64,000 nucleotides of DNA from an uncultured Candidatus Poseidoniales archaeon (GCA_964389655.1 CAYMED010000001.1:39770-103769); one strand, 5' to 3'; shown: positions 1 to 10,863, counted from the first letter of the stretch. Notes: generated from the sequence alone by a model not told the origin. A program made the numbers and translations.

Positions 1-573
1 GACACGATCTAGGGCACCTTGGTCGGGGGCGAGTATAAAATCTGGTTTGACTTTTGTATTGAGAAACTGGGATATCTCGGGTGAAATGCTTTCAAATATG
101 ACGTCAACACTTAATCCTTGAAATGGTTCTTTAGCGTGTATGTCAATCACGACTAGGCCATCGATTATGTGTGCAAATGTATTGGCCAAGGACCTTGCAG
201 ATATTGATTCCCCACGCAAGAACCTCTTGTCTTGCCGAGAATACCCATAGTATGGGGCGCATAGGATGAGTTTCTGTGGCGATGCCTCTTGCCGTTTATC
301 AAGGGGATTGTTGAGGCTTGCCACATCGCCTGATTGAACCTCTCGAACCATCTGCAGCATGAACAAGGATCGTATGATCCCCGAATCAGGGTATGTGTTT
401 GACACCACTATTGTTGGCTCTTTCCTAATTAAATCAAAGGAATGCTTGGGTAGTTTGACATAGGTTTCTCCATCGGGAAATTTGCGGGCTTCGCATAGGA
501 TGCATTCGAATTGTAGTTCGGCGGCAGCGGTACGCGCCGCATCTGCATGGTGTCCGGTTGTAATCACAGGCAT
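1..573 (-). CDS. prs: Ribose-phosphate pyrophosphokinase, 3' end truncated by the window edge
   Basis: Manual translation from ATG at 573 gives MPVITTGHH...RKFPDEETYVK...APYYGYSRQDKRFLRGESISA...IDIHA...LAPDQGA, which are PRPP synthetase motifs. Absent from the ORF track because there is no stop in the window. Confidence 0.93.
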   Translation of the reverse strand, partial: MPVITTGHHADAARTAAAELQFECILCEARKFPDGETYVKLPKHSFDLIRKEPTIVVSNTYPDSGIIRSLFMLQMVREVQSGDVASLNNPLDKRQEASPQKLILCAPYYGYSRQDKRFLRGESISARSLANTFAHIIDGLVVIDIHAKEPFQGLSVDVIFESISPEISQFLNTKVKPDFILAPDQGALDRV

Positions 574-653
574 AGGGGGTCTCAAATGATCGGAAACAGG
601 CTTTGGACATGAATGTCGCGAAGAGGGCTGTAGTGCTCTAAATCTGTACACTC

Positions 654-729
654 GGTGGGCGAGGCAGGATTTGAACCTGCGGCCTCCCGGTTATCAGCCG
701 GGTGCTCCACCAAGCTAAGCTACCCGCCC
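654..729 (-). tRNA. tRNA-Ile (GAT)
   Basis: Reverse complement GGGCGGGTAGCTTAGCTTGGTGGAGCACCCGGCTGATAACCGGGAGGCCGCAGGTTCAAATCCTGCCTCGCCCACC folds as a cloverleaf; anticodon stem CCCGG/CCGGG, loop CT-GAT-AA, T-loop TTCAAAT. Confidence 0.96.
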
Positions 730-779
730 TTGGCGGCCCCTCCACCGAGCCCTTCGCAATAATATCTGTGGTTCGTGTA

Positions 780-1463
780 TTATTCGTCCTCAAAAGGCGT
801 GTTTTCATCATTTAATTGGGCGAATGTCATGGTCTGGATGATTGAACTCAGGCGTTTTGAGAGTATTACATCATCTAGGAGGTCTCGTGTCCTGTCGAGT
901 GAACTTGTAGGGATGTGTATGGTCTTTGGTAAATTGTGCTGGTGTGATACCTGGGGGTGTAGGTCAATTTTGACTGCCTTGAATGTGCGTTTTATTTTCA
1001 CTAAATCTGATATTATCCCTATCTCTCCTCCGTCGGAATCACACACCCCGCGATCAATCATTTCATCGAGAGAATATAATTGGTTGTTGATCCGAACCGT
1101 CTGTCTCCATCTACGCTGTAGTTCTCTCATGGATTTTGAAAGTGCGATTGTTCCGTCGTCGCGCTGTCGTGTGATTAATTCCTTTGCCAAGGGTGCAGTC
1201 CCGGCAGGCCGCCGCATGTAGTTTTTCGCAATTTCGGGGAGTACTTCGATCCTCAGCGATTGTACGCGGTGCTGGTTGGGGTGGTTTCTTTCCCCTTTGA
1301 TCCTCCCAACGAGTGTGTTGTTTACGTATACGTCTTTGGCAACTAAATCGGCAATGTGGTAGTCTTCCATTCTATCCCCGTCGGTCTCCGGTAGATTGCA
1401 GTTGATAATCTTATCTAGCGTGACTTGATTTGATTTTCCAGCAATATCAATTATCTTTTTCAA
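780..1463 (-). CDS. PRC-barrel domain protein
   Basis: Repeated PRC-like segments (IADLVAKDVYVNNTLVGRIK; LDEMIDRGVCDSDGGEIGIISDL); TTG start uncertain. Confidence 0.55.
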   Translation of the reverse strand: MKKIIDIAGKSNQVTLDKIINCNLPETDGDRMEDYHIADLVAKDVYVNNTLVGRIKGERNHPNQHRVQSLRIEVLPEIAKNYMRRPAGTAPLAKELITRQRDDGTIALSKSMRELQRRWRQTVRINNQLYSLDEMIDRGVCDSDGGEIGIISDLVKIKRTFKAVKIDLHPQVSHQHNLPKTIHIPTSSLDRTRDLLDDVILSKRLSSIIQTMTFAQLNDENTPFEDE

Positions 1464-1535
1464 TTGAAAATATAATTGCCTCTTGAAGACACATTCCCCT
1501 CAACAATAATGTGTTGTCTCCCCCCCAGGGGGTCT

Positions 1536-2897
1536 ATGTCAATAGCGCCAGAAGCCGTTCACTCGGAGTTGTCGAAGCGCATCTTGGTGGATGGTTTTGA
1601 CATCGTCGTGGATTTGCAAGAATCACGTGGTAGTTGGATGCGGGATAAGCGGAATGGGCGCGATTATCTCGATTTTTTTTCCTGCTTCTCATCTCTTCCC
1701 CTGGGGTGGAATCACCCTGAAATGATTAACCGGCAGGGTGAATTAACTTCTGCAGCGATCAATAATATCTCTAACAGCGATTTGTATACTGTTGAATATG
1801 CGGATGCAGTTTCAACAATCGGTCGAATCGCTCAGCCAGTTGGGATGGAAAATATGTTTTTTGTAGCGGGGGGCGCTCTTGCGGTTGAAAACTGCCTAAA
1901 GGCAGCGATGGATTGGAAATATGTGGGTGTTAATTCTTCAATTGAAAAAACACCCGATCCTGCATTCGACTGGGGGTTGGATATGGCGCGGTCTAATGCT
2001 ATTTCCATCGGCCACTTTCAAGAATCATTCCATGGACGTACGGGCTATACTCTTTCAATAACCTGTACTGACCCTATGAAGACTAAGCGATTTTCCAAAC
2101 ACGATTGGCCCCGCTTTCCCAATCCAAAAATACACTTTCCTCTCGACCGCGCAGAATCCGCCCGCCTCGATGTATTGGAACAAGAAATTCTCAATGATGT
2201 GGGGGCTTCTCTCGATTCTGAAAATATGGCTGCAGTGATTATTGAACCGATTCAAGGGGAGGGGGGTGACAATCATTTCAGGGATGGCTTCCTGCGGGAT
2301 CTTGCAAATTTAGTTCAGTCGAATGATGCTTTATTTATTGTTGATGAGGTGCAATCTGGCGTTGGTGCCACTGGGAAAATGTGGGCGCATGAGCATGCCG
2401 GGCTCTCGCCAGATTTGGTGGCTTTTGGGAAGAAAATGCAAATATGTGGCTTTTTTGCAGGTGATCGGCTGAAGATGCATGATGACAATGTGTTGGAGAC
2501 AAGTGGCAGGATTAATTCAACGTGGGGGGGCAACCTCGTTGATTTCGTCCGGGGGTCCATTGGCTTGGAGGTTGTGGAGGCGGAGCGCCTCGTGGATAAT
2601 ACGGCCAAGAGGGGTGTGGAGCTTATTGCGGGGTTGGAAGAGCTCGCTGATGCTCCCTCTTCGGCTGTTTCGCAAGTTCGCGGAAAGGGGACTATGTGTG
2701 CCTTTACATTACCTACGGAGGCGCAGAGGGGTCAATTTCGTTCAGCGTGTATTGATCGAGGTGTGTTTACATTGAATAGTGGTCGCCGTAGCGTCCGTCT
2801 CCGTCCAAATTTGGCCTTATCCTCTGATGAAGTTGACATTGCGCTTGCCGCATTCTCTGAGGCATCTTCTTTTGTATCTTCACAAGAAATTACATGA
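1536..2897 (+). CDS. lat: L-lysine 6-transaminase (class III PLP aminotransferase)
   Basis: ILVDGFDIVVDL, YLDFFSCFSSLPLGWNHP, SFHGRTGY, EPIQGEGGDNHF, DEVQSG, FGKK, SGRINSTWGG; start set at ATG 1536. Confidence 0.88.
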   Translation: MSIAPEAVHSELSKRILVDGFDIVVDLQESRGSWMRDKRNGRDYLDFFSCFSSLPLGWNHPEMINRQGELTSAAINNISNSDLYTVEYADAVSTIGRIAQPVGMENMFFVAGGALAVENCLKAAMDWKYVGVNSSIEKTPDPAFDWGLDMARSNAISIGHFQESFHGRTGYTLSITCTDPMKTKRFSKHDWPRFPNPKIHFPLDRAESARLDVLEQEILNDVGASLDSENMAAVIIEPIQGEGGDNHFRDGFLRDLANLVQSNDALFIVDEVQSGVGATGKMWAHEHAGLSPDLVAFGKKMQICGFFAGDRLKMHDDNVLETSGRINSTWGGNLVDFVRGSIGLEVVEAERLVDNTAKRGVELIAGLEELADAPSSAVSQVRGKGTMCAFTLPTEAQRGQFRSACIDRGVFTLNSGRRSVRLRPNLALSSDEVDIALAAFSEASSFVSSQEIT

Positions 2898-2909
2898 TGG
2901 TGTGGGCCC

Positions 2910-3527
2910 GTGGGCAGTTCTCCAATTGAGATATTTTATTCTCCAATTGAAAATTCTGATTTAAATGGGGGGATTGCTCCCTCTCTAGCCTATTTTTCTG
3001 AAAATAACCTTTCGCGTGTGGAAATATTATCCTTTTTCGGGCCCCGGTCTTCAAATTCTAAATTCTTCGTGCTAGATCGTTATGGTTGGTTGGGCGCTGC
3101 TTCTTTCGAACCCTCTTTGTTGGACAAGAAGGTATTGTCGTTCGCTATTCCTATTTCAGAAGAGGGTGGCGCTGGTGCTCATTTCCACCCTCTTCACATA
3201 GGGGACCTTCAACGGGAAGTTGGTGCTTTCTTGGCCGAAAGGGGGGGTGTCATTCCCCCCAATATTCTTTTTGTTGGGGATAGGTGTACTAGTCTGTCAC
3301 AATTGCGTTGCTTAAGCGCTGGTTTTCGTGATAGAGTCCATTCCGCTAGAAAAAGGGGCCTTTCATCAATTGAATTATCGGGGACGGCAGTATTGCCTTC
3401 TAATCCGGTGGTGGATTGTGGTATGTTCTTGGATTCTAAAGAGGGTGTCGAGGTTGTATTGGTGAATTCCCAGATTGGTTTGCGGGCGGGGGTGCTCTCT
3501 GCAATTGCGCTACATGACCGGGGATGA
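2910..3527 (+). CDS. Hypothetical protein
   Basis: 205-aa ORF fills the gap between lat and dys; no motif recognised. Confidence 0.55.
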   Translation: MGSSPIEIFYSPIENSDLNGGIAPSLAYFSENNLSRVEILSFFGPRSSNSKFFVLDRYGWLGAASFEPSLLDKKVLSFAIPISEEGGAGAHFHPLHIGDLQREVGAFLAERGGVIPPNILFVGDRCTSLSQLRCLSAGFRDRVHSARKRGLSSIELSGTAVLPSNPVVDCGMFLDSKEGVEVVLVNSQIGLRAGVLSAIALHDRG

Positions 3528-3534
3528 ATCATGG

Positions 3535-4494
3535 CTAAAAAATCATGCAGCCAAGTAGTGGTAGCAGCAATGATGCCTCTCCTTCGACAACAATTTCGGT
3601 GGCATCGGACTTCAATTTCCCCCAGCTAATTGCTTCTTTTAAGCGCGCACCCGAAAGGGATCCATCCCATTCAGGGGCAGTTGTAATGGCGATTGCCCTG
3701 TCTAAACCCCCCCTGTATTGGTTCCACCACATCACGTGATGTTTGCTTATTCCCCCTCCAATCAATATCGCTTCGGAATTGGTGGAGGTCCATGTGAGGT
3801 TTGAAAGGTGCATTTGATCGGCCAGTAAGTCGGGGAATATCGTTGGTGTATCTTGGGCTGCTTGGATTAGTTGTGCTCCGACGGCCCCATCAACGAGGCC
3901 GGGGATGATTATTGGGATTTTTTTCTTCCACGCCTGTGTGCATATTGATTTTTCATCATTGAGCTGTTTTCCAATTGCCCAAACCAGTTCGATGCCCGTC
4001 CATTTTCTCTTTTTTTCAGTGCATAGGTGTTTTGCGATTAATTCTGTCATAAATTTTTCAATCGCATTACCATATGTGTCTTGTGGTACAATCACATTTC
4101 CTAGCCTACTGAGCCCCCTTTCTGCCAATTCTGAATCATCTAGGTCGAAAGATCCATGGTCATATGCTCCTAGTGTGCGTGCGATATCGTGGTCGAGTGT
4201 GCCGCATGTGGTGACTACAACGTCGGTTCCTTCTCTCGCTAATAATTCAACAAAAAACGATCTACTTCCTGTGGCGCAGAGGCACGCTGGGAATGAGGTC
4301 CATCGTAGTAGTCCCTCTTTTGGTTGTTGGCTAACTATTTTTTTTGCAATCCTCGCTGCCTTGGCGAATTTGGTGGCGGTAAACCCTCCTGCATTGCCCA
4401 TCGATGTGAGTAGTGCCTGGAATGGGCTTGGGTGTTTGAGTATTTTTTCGAATGGGTAGTCTTGGACTGGGTGTTCTGCTTGGTGGGTGGCCAT
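3535..4494 (-). CDS. dys: Deoxyhypusine synthase
   Basis: TTCGTLDHD, SRLGNVIVP, IGGGISKHH, WDGSLSGARLKEAISWGK with the catalytic Lys; start estimated at ATG 4494. Confidence 0.93.
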   Translation of the reverse strand: MATHQAEHPVQDYPFEKILKHPSPFQALLTSMGNAGGFTATKFAKAARIAKKIVSQQPKEGLLRWTSFPACLCATGSRSFFVELLAREGTDVVVTTCGTLDHDIARTLGAYDHGSFDLDDSELAERGLSRLGNVIVPQDTYGNAIEKFMTELIAKHLCTEKKRKWTGIELVWAIGKQLNDEKSICTQAWKKKIPIIIPGLVDGAVGAQLIQAAQDTPTIFPDLLADQMHLSNLTWTSTNSEAILIGGGISKHHVMWWNQYRGGLDRAIAITTAPEWDGSLSGARLKEAISWGKLKSDATEIVVEGEASLLLPLLGCMIF

Positions 4495-4513
4495 GGTATT
4501 GGGTGGCGGTCCG

Positions 4514-6702
4514 TCATGTAGCATCTTCGACATCTCGGAGGGTTGAGATTTTCAATTCAAATATCAAATCCCTCAATTGTGCGGCCCGCTCAAAATCCAA
4601 TTCGTTGGCGGCCCTCTCCATTTCACCCTGCAATTCGTTAATGGACATCTTTCTCTCTTCCCTCATTGTGCTAGTTGCCGGGAGTGGATCATTTGCTTCC
4701 CCTCTGCTCTTTTTTGCCCCCTGCCGCTTTTTCTCTTTTGGGCTACCATGGCCTTGGTCTAGTGTGGGCAGGGGCTTGGTTATGCTCTTTGCTTCATAAT
4801 GGTGTTTCAAATTATACTCGGATTGCAACTTTCTCCGCTTTAACGTGGATTTTATGGCGCCCTCCATAGCGGGGGATATCGCGTCAGCATACATCAAAAC
4901 GGTCCCTGAAACGTGCCTTGCTGCCCGCCCAATGGTTTGGAGGAGGCTTCGCTCATTCCGCAAGAATCCTTCTTTATCGGCATCGAATATCGCGACGAGT
5001 GATACTTCGGGTATGTCGAGCCCTTCTCTGAGTAGGTTGATGCCCACGATCACATCTATGTACCCTAGGCGCAGGGTTTTGATAATCTCACTTCTTTCTA
5101 TTGTGTCGATCTCGCTATGTAGGTAATGGGATTTGATGCCATTTCGATTCAGGTAATCTGCCACTTCTTCGGCAAATTTGATTGTCATGACGGTGATCAA
5201 TGTTCTTTCCCCATTGGCTATTCTATGGGTTATTTCTTCCATGAGGTCTTGCATTTGTCCTTTGGTCGCGCGAACTTCGATTGAAGGGTCTAGGAGGTGG
5301 GTTGGTCTGATAATCATCTGTGCAACGCCTTCGATGGAGTTGACTAGGTCCGATAGTGATCTGCCGCCCCCCCTCCTTTATCAATTGGGGATTTGATCTT
5401 TTTCTTCCCCCCCCCCTTGGGTGGCGCGTGTTCTAACTCGGGTGGGATGGCTTGCCCAGTGACTTCGCAAAGATGCCTCAGCTCGCGAGGTCCTGGTGTT
5501 GCGGAAACGTAGATCATTTTTGGGATCATTTCTTGAAACTCTCTAATTTCTAAAGGGCGGTTGTCATAGGCAGAGGGCAATCGGAACCCGTGCTGGATGA
5601 GATTTTCTTTTCTACTTCTGTCGCCAGCGTACATGCCCCCGATTTGAGGCAAAGTAACGTGGCTTTCATCCATAAATACGAGATATTCGTCTTGGTCCCC
5701 GTGGTACTTCTCCGCACATGTGCGCATGAAATCTAGGAGGCAATACGGTCGTTCACCAGGCCCCCTCCGGTCGAAATAGCGGCTATAATTTTCGACACCA
5801 TTGCAGTGCCCTGTTTGTCTCAACATTTCTAGATCAAATTCAGTACGCTGGCGTATTCTTGCTGCTTCGGGCCATTGTTCCCTGTCGTTAAACTGCTTGG
5901 CCCGAATTTCAAGGTCTCGTTCTATTTCGTTTAGGGCAGTGCTAAATGTTTCTGGGTCGGTCATGAAGAATTCTTTGGGGTGGATCCATACTTCCTCTAG
6001 GGTTTCAAGTTTCTTCCAATCAATGGGGTCGCATACACTAATTTCATGTATTTCGTCTAGCTCAAATTTAATTCTAAATGGCCGTTCCCTCGATGGCATC
6101 CATATGTCTAATATTTCTCCCTTCAGCCGTGCACATCCCTTAGATAGGTCACTTGTTGTTCGCGTGTATTGTAGTTTGACGAGTTCCTTGATCAGGTTTT
6201 GGGGGTCGGCCTTCGCTCTGGCTTTGATGTGTGTGTGTTGTCCAAGGAATGTTTTCGGGGGGTTGAGGCCGTAGATGCAACTCACGGAAGCTATGATGAT
6301 TGTGTCTGGTCGAGTGACTAGGCTGGCTACTGTGCTAAATCTCTCTTGTTCGATGCGCTCATTTTTGGATAGTTCTTTATCGATGTATAAGTCCCTTTGT
6401 GGTAAGTATGCTTCTGGTTGGTAGTAATCGTAGTAGCTGACAAAATATTCTACGGCATTTGTGGGGTACATGTCTTTCATTTCTTCCCATAATTGTCGTG
6501 CGAGGGTTTTGTTGTGTGATATAATGAGTGTGGGCCGTTGTATATTTTCGATAAGATGGGCCATGGTGAATGTTTTTCCAGACCCCGTAACTCCAAGTAG
6601 CACGCACCGCTCTTGCCCATTTCTCAATTGGGAATTTAATTTTTCAACAACTCCCTCCTGATCGCCTGCGAGTTGATGCGACGAGATAAGTGAAAACCGC
6701 AT
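4514..6702 (-). CDS. uvrB: Excinuclease ABC subunit B, split by a frameshift near 5367-5416 (ORFs 5344..6702 and 4514..5317)
   Basis: N part: GVTGSGKT, HNKTLARQL, YYDYYQPEAY, DESH, SATPG. C part: IRPTHLLDP, GINLLREGLDIPEV, QTIGRAAR and a UVR domain (ELDFERAAQLRD). The frame changes at G homopolymers. Confidence 0.93.
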
Positions 6703-6721
6703 CAACAAAGCCCCGTTTTTC

Positions 6722-7453
6722 TCAAGGGAGATATAATCCCCCATTAACGTGCAGTACGGCTCCTGTCACATATGATGAGGCGGGGCTAGCGAGGAAAGTG
6801 ATACATGAGGCGATTTCTTCAGGTTCAGCAATTCTCCCCAAAGGGACCTCGGACTCTCTTTGAATGCGCTTTTCCTTTGAATCTCCTTTGAGTATTGCGG
6901 TATCTACAAAACCAGGGGCGACAATATTCACGCGAATTCCTCGAGGGGCTAGGTCAAGTGCTAGCGACCTTGCCCAAGCATGTAACCCAGCTTTGCTGGC
7001 AGAATAATCTGCCCCATGTGCTGACCCCCGTATGCCTAACTGGCTTCCAACCGCAACAATCCGTGCTCCTTCAATGATGTGGTTTCGAAGTTTCCACCAC
7101 ACAGCATGGGCCCCTTCTAAATTCACTCGGATGGTATCGCGGAGAGTTATGGGGTCTAGCTCAGATGCAGCAACTCGTTCATAGATTCCATGATTTAATA
7201 CCAGCACGTCGACTCCTTCGGCAGTCCATGGGTGGCGTACCATTAATTCGATTTCACTATAGTCGCTGCAGTCTACTTTGATCGCAACAGCATCTCCCCC
7301 CTCGTTTCGAATTTCCTCTACAGTTTTTTCTGCACTTCTTGCATTATTGTTGTAAGTCAACAGTACTCTGTATCCTGCACTTGCCAGTTTAAATGAAGTT
7401 GAAGCGCCAATGCCACGCCCGCCTCCTGTGACGATGGCCAGTGCGCCCTCCAC
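6722..7453 (-). CDS. Short-chain dehydrogenase/reductase (FabG-like)
   Basis: TGGGRGIG, YSASK, NIVAPG, VTGAVLHVNGG. Confidence 0.9.
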   Translation of the reverse strand: MEGALAIVTGGGRGIGASTSFKLASAGYRVLLTYNNNARSAEKTVEEIRNEGGDAVAIKVDCSDYSEIELMVRHPWTAEGVDVLVLNHGIYERVAASELDPITLRDTIRVNLEGAHAVWWKLRNHIIEGARIVAVGSQLGIRGSAHGADYSASKAGLHAWARSLALDLAPRGIRVNIVAPGFVDTAILKGDSKEKRIQRESEVPLGRIAEPEEIASCITFLASPASSYVTGAVLHVNGGLYLP

Positions 7454-7562
7454 AACTCCCTCTCCAATGCCTGCGGGGGGTGCTTACGGAAAAGAGAAAC
7501 GTCTGTGTTCCAAGGGTGGTGCGCGGACACTTGATCAACGCACCGATTCTAGCCACCATCCA

Positions 7563-10076
7563 ATGGGCTTCATTGAAGGGCTCCCGGTCATTGCCGGCAT
7601 TGCCGCCTTTGCTCTTGCAGCGAGAATTCCCTCTTTTACAAAAAAAGGGCGAGCAGGAACCGATATTGCATTGGTTTTTCTTACGGGATTTCTTCTTGCG
7701 CTCCCTCTCTTTATTTTGAGTATTGACCTTCTTTTTGGCACAGGAGCATTCCGATACTCACAGCAAGTGCTTGAATCGGGGCTTCCATGGAAATATCGAA
7801 TCAGTGGCTTATGGTCTACCCGCGTTGGGCCCTTGGTTTTGTGGGCCACAATCATCGGGCTGTTAGGGTGTTGGCAAATTCATTCAAATGACTCCTCGCA
7901 GGGGATGGTTGCCATCCCGCTTTTACTTTTGTCGGGTGGGATGATGATCGTCGCCGCTAGATTTGAACCTCTCTCTCCCGCAATGGGAACTGCAGCCTAT
8001 GGTTCGATGAACCCGCTTTTGCAAACCGACTTGATGGTAATACACCCTCCCCTGATCTTTGTTGGTTACAGTGTTGCTTTACTTCTTGCATCTAAAGCTC
8101 TCGTTTTAGATTGGTCGGATCCCCGCACATCAGATTCTCTTCGAAAGTCGGCGAATTTAACCTTAATCATCCTAACAATCGGTATTGGGCTTGGGGGATT
8201 ATGGGCATTTATGGTCCTAGATTGGGGTGGATATTGGGCTTGGGACCCGGTCGAAACAGGGTCTCTTCTCCCTTGGATTCTCGTTCTTCTTCTTCTTCAC
8301 GTGCGTACTGTGCCGCAATTAAGTCAAAAACCAGCACTCGAGGCTGCAATAGCGGGCTCGACTGGCTGTGCTGTCCTTCTTGCTGCGCTTGTAACTCGCG
8401 CGGGGGGCGTTTGGGCATCCGTTCACGCTTTTGTCGGGAATGGTCCACAGATGGCGAATTCAAATGGACTTACGCGCATCCTTCTAGCGGGGCAAGATCC
8501 AATTTCAGGATCCGAGATTGGGTTTGAAATTGGCATGCTTACAATTCTTGCCAATGGGATGGTATTGCGGGTAATTCACTGGCAGACTGGCAATAAAATG
8601 GGCTTAAACCGCCAAATGGAAGTTGCCGCATTTTTCCTCGTTCTGCTAATAGCACCAATTGCATTTTCTAATAATCCATCGCAGTCATTGTTCTTCTTGA
8701 TAGTGATATTGGCCCTCCCTTGGATAGCCTCAAAAGAGGCATTATCATGCTTATTTTGGCGTATTTACTCGAGAAAACATGTTTTAACTGGCTTTGCATT
8801 GGTCCTTTCCACCCTTTCATTTGGTGCATTCTTGAATATAGATGCGGGTGCGTGGGGCTTCGGAGTAGACCCATTAATTGGGCTTATATCTTGCAGCTTG
8901 CTGCTTTGGTGGGGATCCAATGAGGGAGTCCTACCTCATTTTGCCCCAACATTATCTCTCGTTTCAATCCATATTATCGCAGCATGGGCTGGTTTGGCGG
9001 GCTTAGGTGCGTCTTCAATAATTCTTGGGGGGGTTTTGTATCCTTGGTTAATGGGCCAGGAACTGAATGAACCCCCCCCTGTGAATCATACAGCTCCTAT
9101 GGCGAGATTGTGGTTCTTGCTTGAGAAAACCTCGATCAAAGCCCCAATTTTTCTAGGATCATTATATTTCTTCATCACATTAATCTCCTTGTTTACATCA
9201 ATGGATTCTCCGCGCTTTGACCTCCACGAAACCCTAGGTGCTCCGATATTGTTCTTTATCTGCATATTCTTGTTTATCCGGTTTGGAGTTACGGGAACCG
9301 CCTCCAAAAAGAGAGGCATTTTCTCCATTTTCGGGGTGGTTTCAATTACCCTTGTTGGCCTCCTTTTCCTTTCATCTTCCCTCCCGGGCGATTCAGAAGA
9401 CCTGTTAATTGGGCCCTTTATCCGGGGCCACATTGCTTGGCTAATTCTTCCGGCTTCCTTGTTTGTTCTTCCAACACTCATCGCACACCTTATTCGGACA
9501 TCTCGCAATGAATATCATTTTGGCATAAGGTCTTTAATCCAAAAAATAGGGCCACACATTGCCCATTTTGGTATGGTGTTATTCATAATTGGGCACGTAT
9601 TTTCCACAACACTTGTTGCTAGGGGCGCCCTCAACCATGTTGTTACTTTGACAAAAGATGTTCCGTTGGAGGTGGATGGGAGGTCATTGACATTCACTGG
9701 AATTGAAGTCATTCCAGATGAATCTCCTTCATTTGACGAGAGATTTGACGTGGGTGAAGGGTATGTTGGCGTGATGGTCAAAGTCGATGGTGAGTCCGAC
9801 TTGCTTCAGCCTGGTGTGATTAGATTTGACAGGCCAAATGGACTTATTTCAACTAGATCTGAAGTTGCTCGTTCATCCGATGTCATGGGCACCACAGTTG
9901 TTGTTCTAGATTCAGAACAAGCATCGGAATTGATGCGTTCATCGATGTTTGGGGAAGATGTAGAGAGGGTGAGGCTGACTGTTTATTCCCTCCCGTTCAA
10001 TTGGATGATTTGGGGTGGGTGGCTCCTTTTGATTGTAGGAATGGCTCCCAGATTACTTGGTGAGCCTCCTAAATGA
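7563..10076 (+). CDS. ccmF: Cytochrome c biogenesis heme lyase, CcmF/NrfE family
   Basis: MNPLLQ, IHPP, WWD motif WGGYWAWDPVETGSLLPW, LLH, SVHAF, AHFG; many TM helices; start estimated at ATG 7563. Confidence 0.88.
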   Translation: MGFIEGLPVIAGIAAFALAARIPSFTKKGRAGTDIALVFLTGFLLALPLFILSIDLLFGTGAFRYSQQVLESGLPWKYRISGLWSTRVGPLVLWATIIGLLGCWQIHSNDSSQGMVAIPLLLLSGGMMIVAARFEPLSPAMGTAAYGSMNPLLQTDLMVIHPPLIFVGYSVALLLASKALVLDWSDPRTSDSLRKSANLTLIILTIGIGLGGLWAFMVLDWGGYWAWDPVETGSLLPWILVLLLLHVRTVPQLSQKPALEAAIAGSTGCAVLLAALVTRAGGVWASVHAFVGNGPQMANSNGLTRILLAGQDPISGSEIGFEIGMLTILANGMVLRVIHWQTGNKMGLNRQMEVAAFFLVLLIAPIAFSNNPSQSLFFLIVILALPWIASKEALSCLFWRIYSRKHVLTGFALVLSTLSFGAFLNIDAGAWGFGVDPLIGLISCSLLLWWGSNEGVLPHFAPTLSLVSIHIIAAWAGLAGLGASSIILGGVLYPWLMGQELNEPPPVNHTAPMARLWFLLEKTSIKAPIFLGSLYFFITLISLFTSMDSPRFDLHETLGAPILFFICIFLFIRFGVTGTASKKRGIFSIFGVVSITLVGLLFLSSSLPGDSEDLLIGPFIRGHIAWLILPASLFVLPTLIAHLIRTSRNEYHFGIRSLIQKIGPHIAHFGMVLFIIGHVFSTTLVARGALNHVVTLTKDVPLEVDGRSLTFTGIEVIPDESPSFDERFDVGEGYVGVMVKVDGESDLLQPGVIRFDRPNGLISTRSEVARSSDVMGTTVVVLDSEQASELMRSSMFGEDVERVRLTVYSLPFNWMIWGGWLLLIVGMAPRLLGEPPK

Positions 10077-10155
10077 CGATCAAGAGTTTTTGATAGATGG
10101 TCTTTCTTTCCGGTTTCCTGATATATCAACAGCCTTCCGGCACGTCGGCGATAGT

Positions 10156-10860
10156 ATGGAGGATGGCTCCGTTGTGCGGGTTGAGTATGCCTTATTTGAT
10201 GCAGATTCAGATGCCCTGATTGAGACGAACAAGGAATCAATTGCGAAAGATCATGAGCGATATGAGGAGAATCACAATTATGCTCCAATGCTCGTCGTTA
10301 TCGGTTCTGGACGCTTAATAGAGGGTTTTGATGAACACCTTTCAAGCGCTGAAGTGGGTCAATCACAATCAATAATCATCCCTCCTGAAAAGGGATATGG
10401 TGTGAGCGATTCTGAATTGATAAAAACGATTTCCCTCGACAAATTGGCGGCTCAAAATAGAGATGTGGAGCATGTTGGAATCGGCTCGCCGATCTATGTT
10501 GATGGCCGCGTTGGCACGTTGACTTTCGTCGCGGCGGGCCGTGCCCGGGTAGATTTCAATCACCCTCTTGCGGGTAAAACTCTGAAGTACGAATATGAAG
10601 TGGTGGAATTAATTGAAGAAGAGACCTCGCGTTTGACTGCACTTTTGGAGGCTGAAAGCAACCATTCAGGATTTGAAGTTGAGATTGCTGATGGTGAGGC
10701 CTCAATCACCCTCCCCCCGGCCGTTCGGTATGATCATAATTGGTCCAGTGTTAAGCCTCGCATCATCAATCTACTTCGTGAGCACCTAGACGCCTCTCGC
10801 ATTGTCCTGCGCGAGGTCTATGAGACACCCACTGCCTCGGCTCAGGATGAAGAGGAGTGA
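10156..10860 (+). CDS. FKBP-type peptidyl-prolyl isomerase (archaeal long SlyD-like type)
   Basis: VVRVEY, GSGRLIEGFDE, IPPEKGYG, VDFNHPLAGKTLKY; start at ATG 10156. Confidence 0.92.
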   Translation: MEDGSVVRVEYALFDADSDALIETNKESIAKDHERYEENHNYAPMLVVIGSGRLIEGFDEHLSSAEVGQSQSIIIPPEKGYGVSDSELIKTISLDKLAAQNRDVEHVGIGSPIYVDGRVGTLTFVAAGRARVDFNHPLAGKTLKYEYEVVELIEEETSRLTALLEAESNHSGFEVEIADGEASITLPPAVRYDHNWSSVKPRIINLLREHLDASRIVLREVYETPTASAQDEEE

Positions 10861-10863
10861 TCT

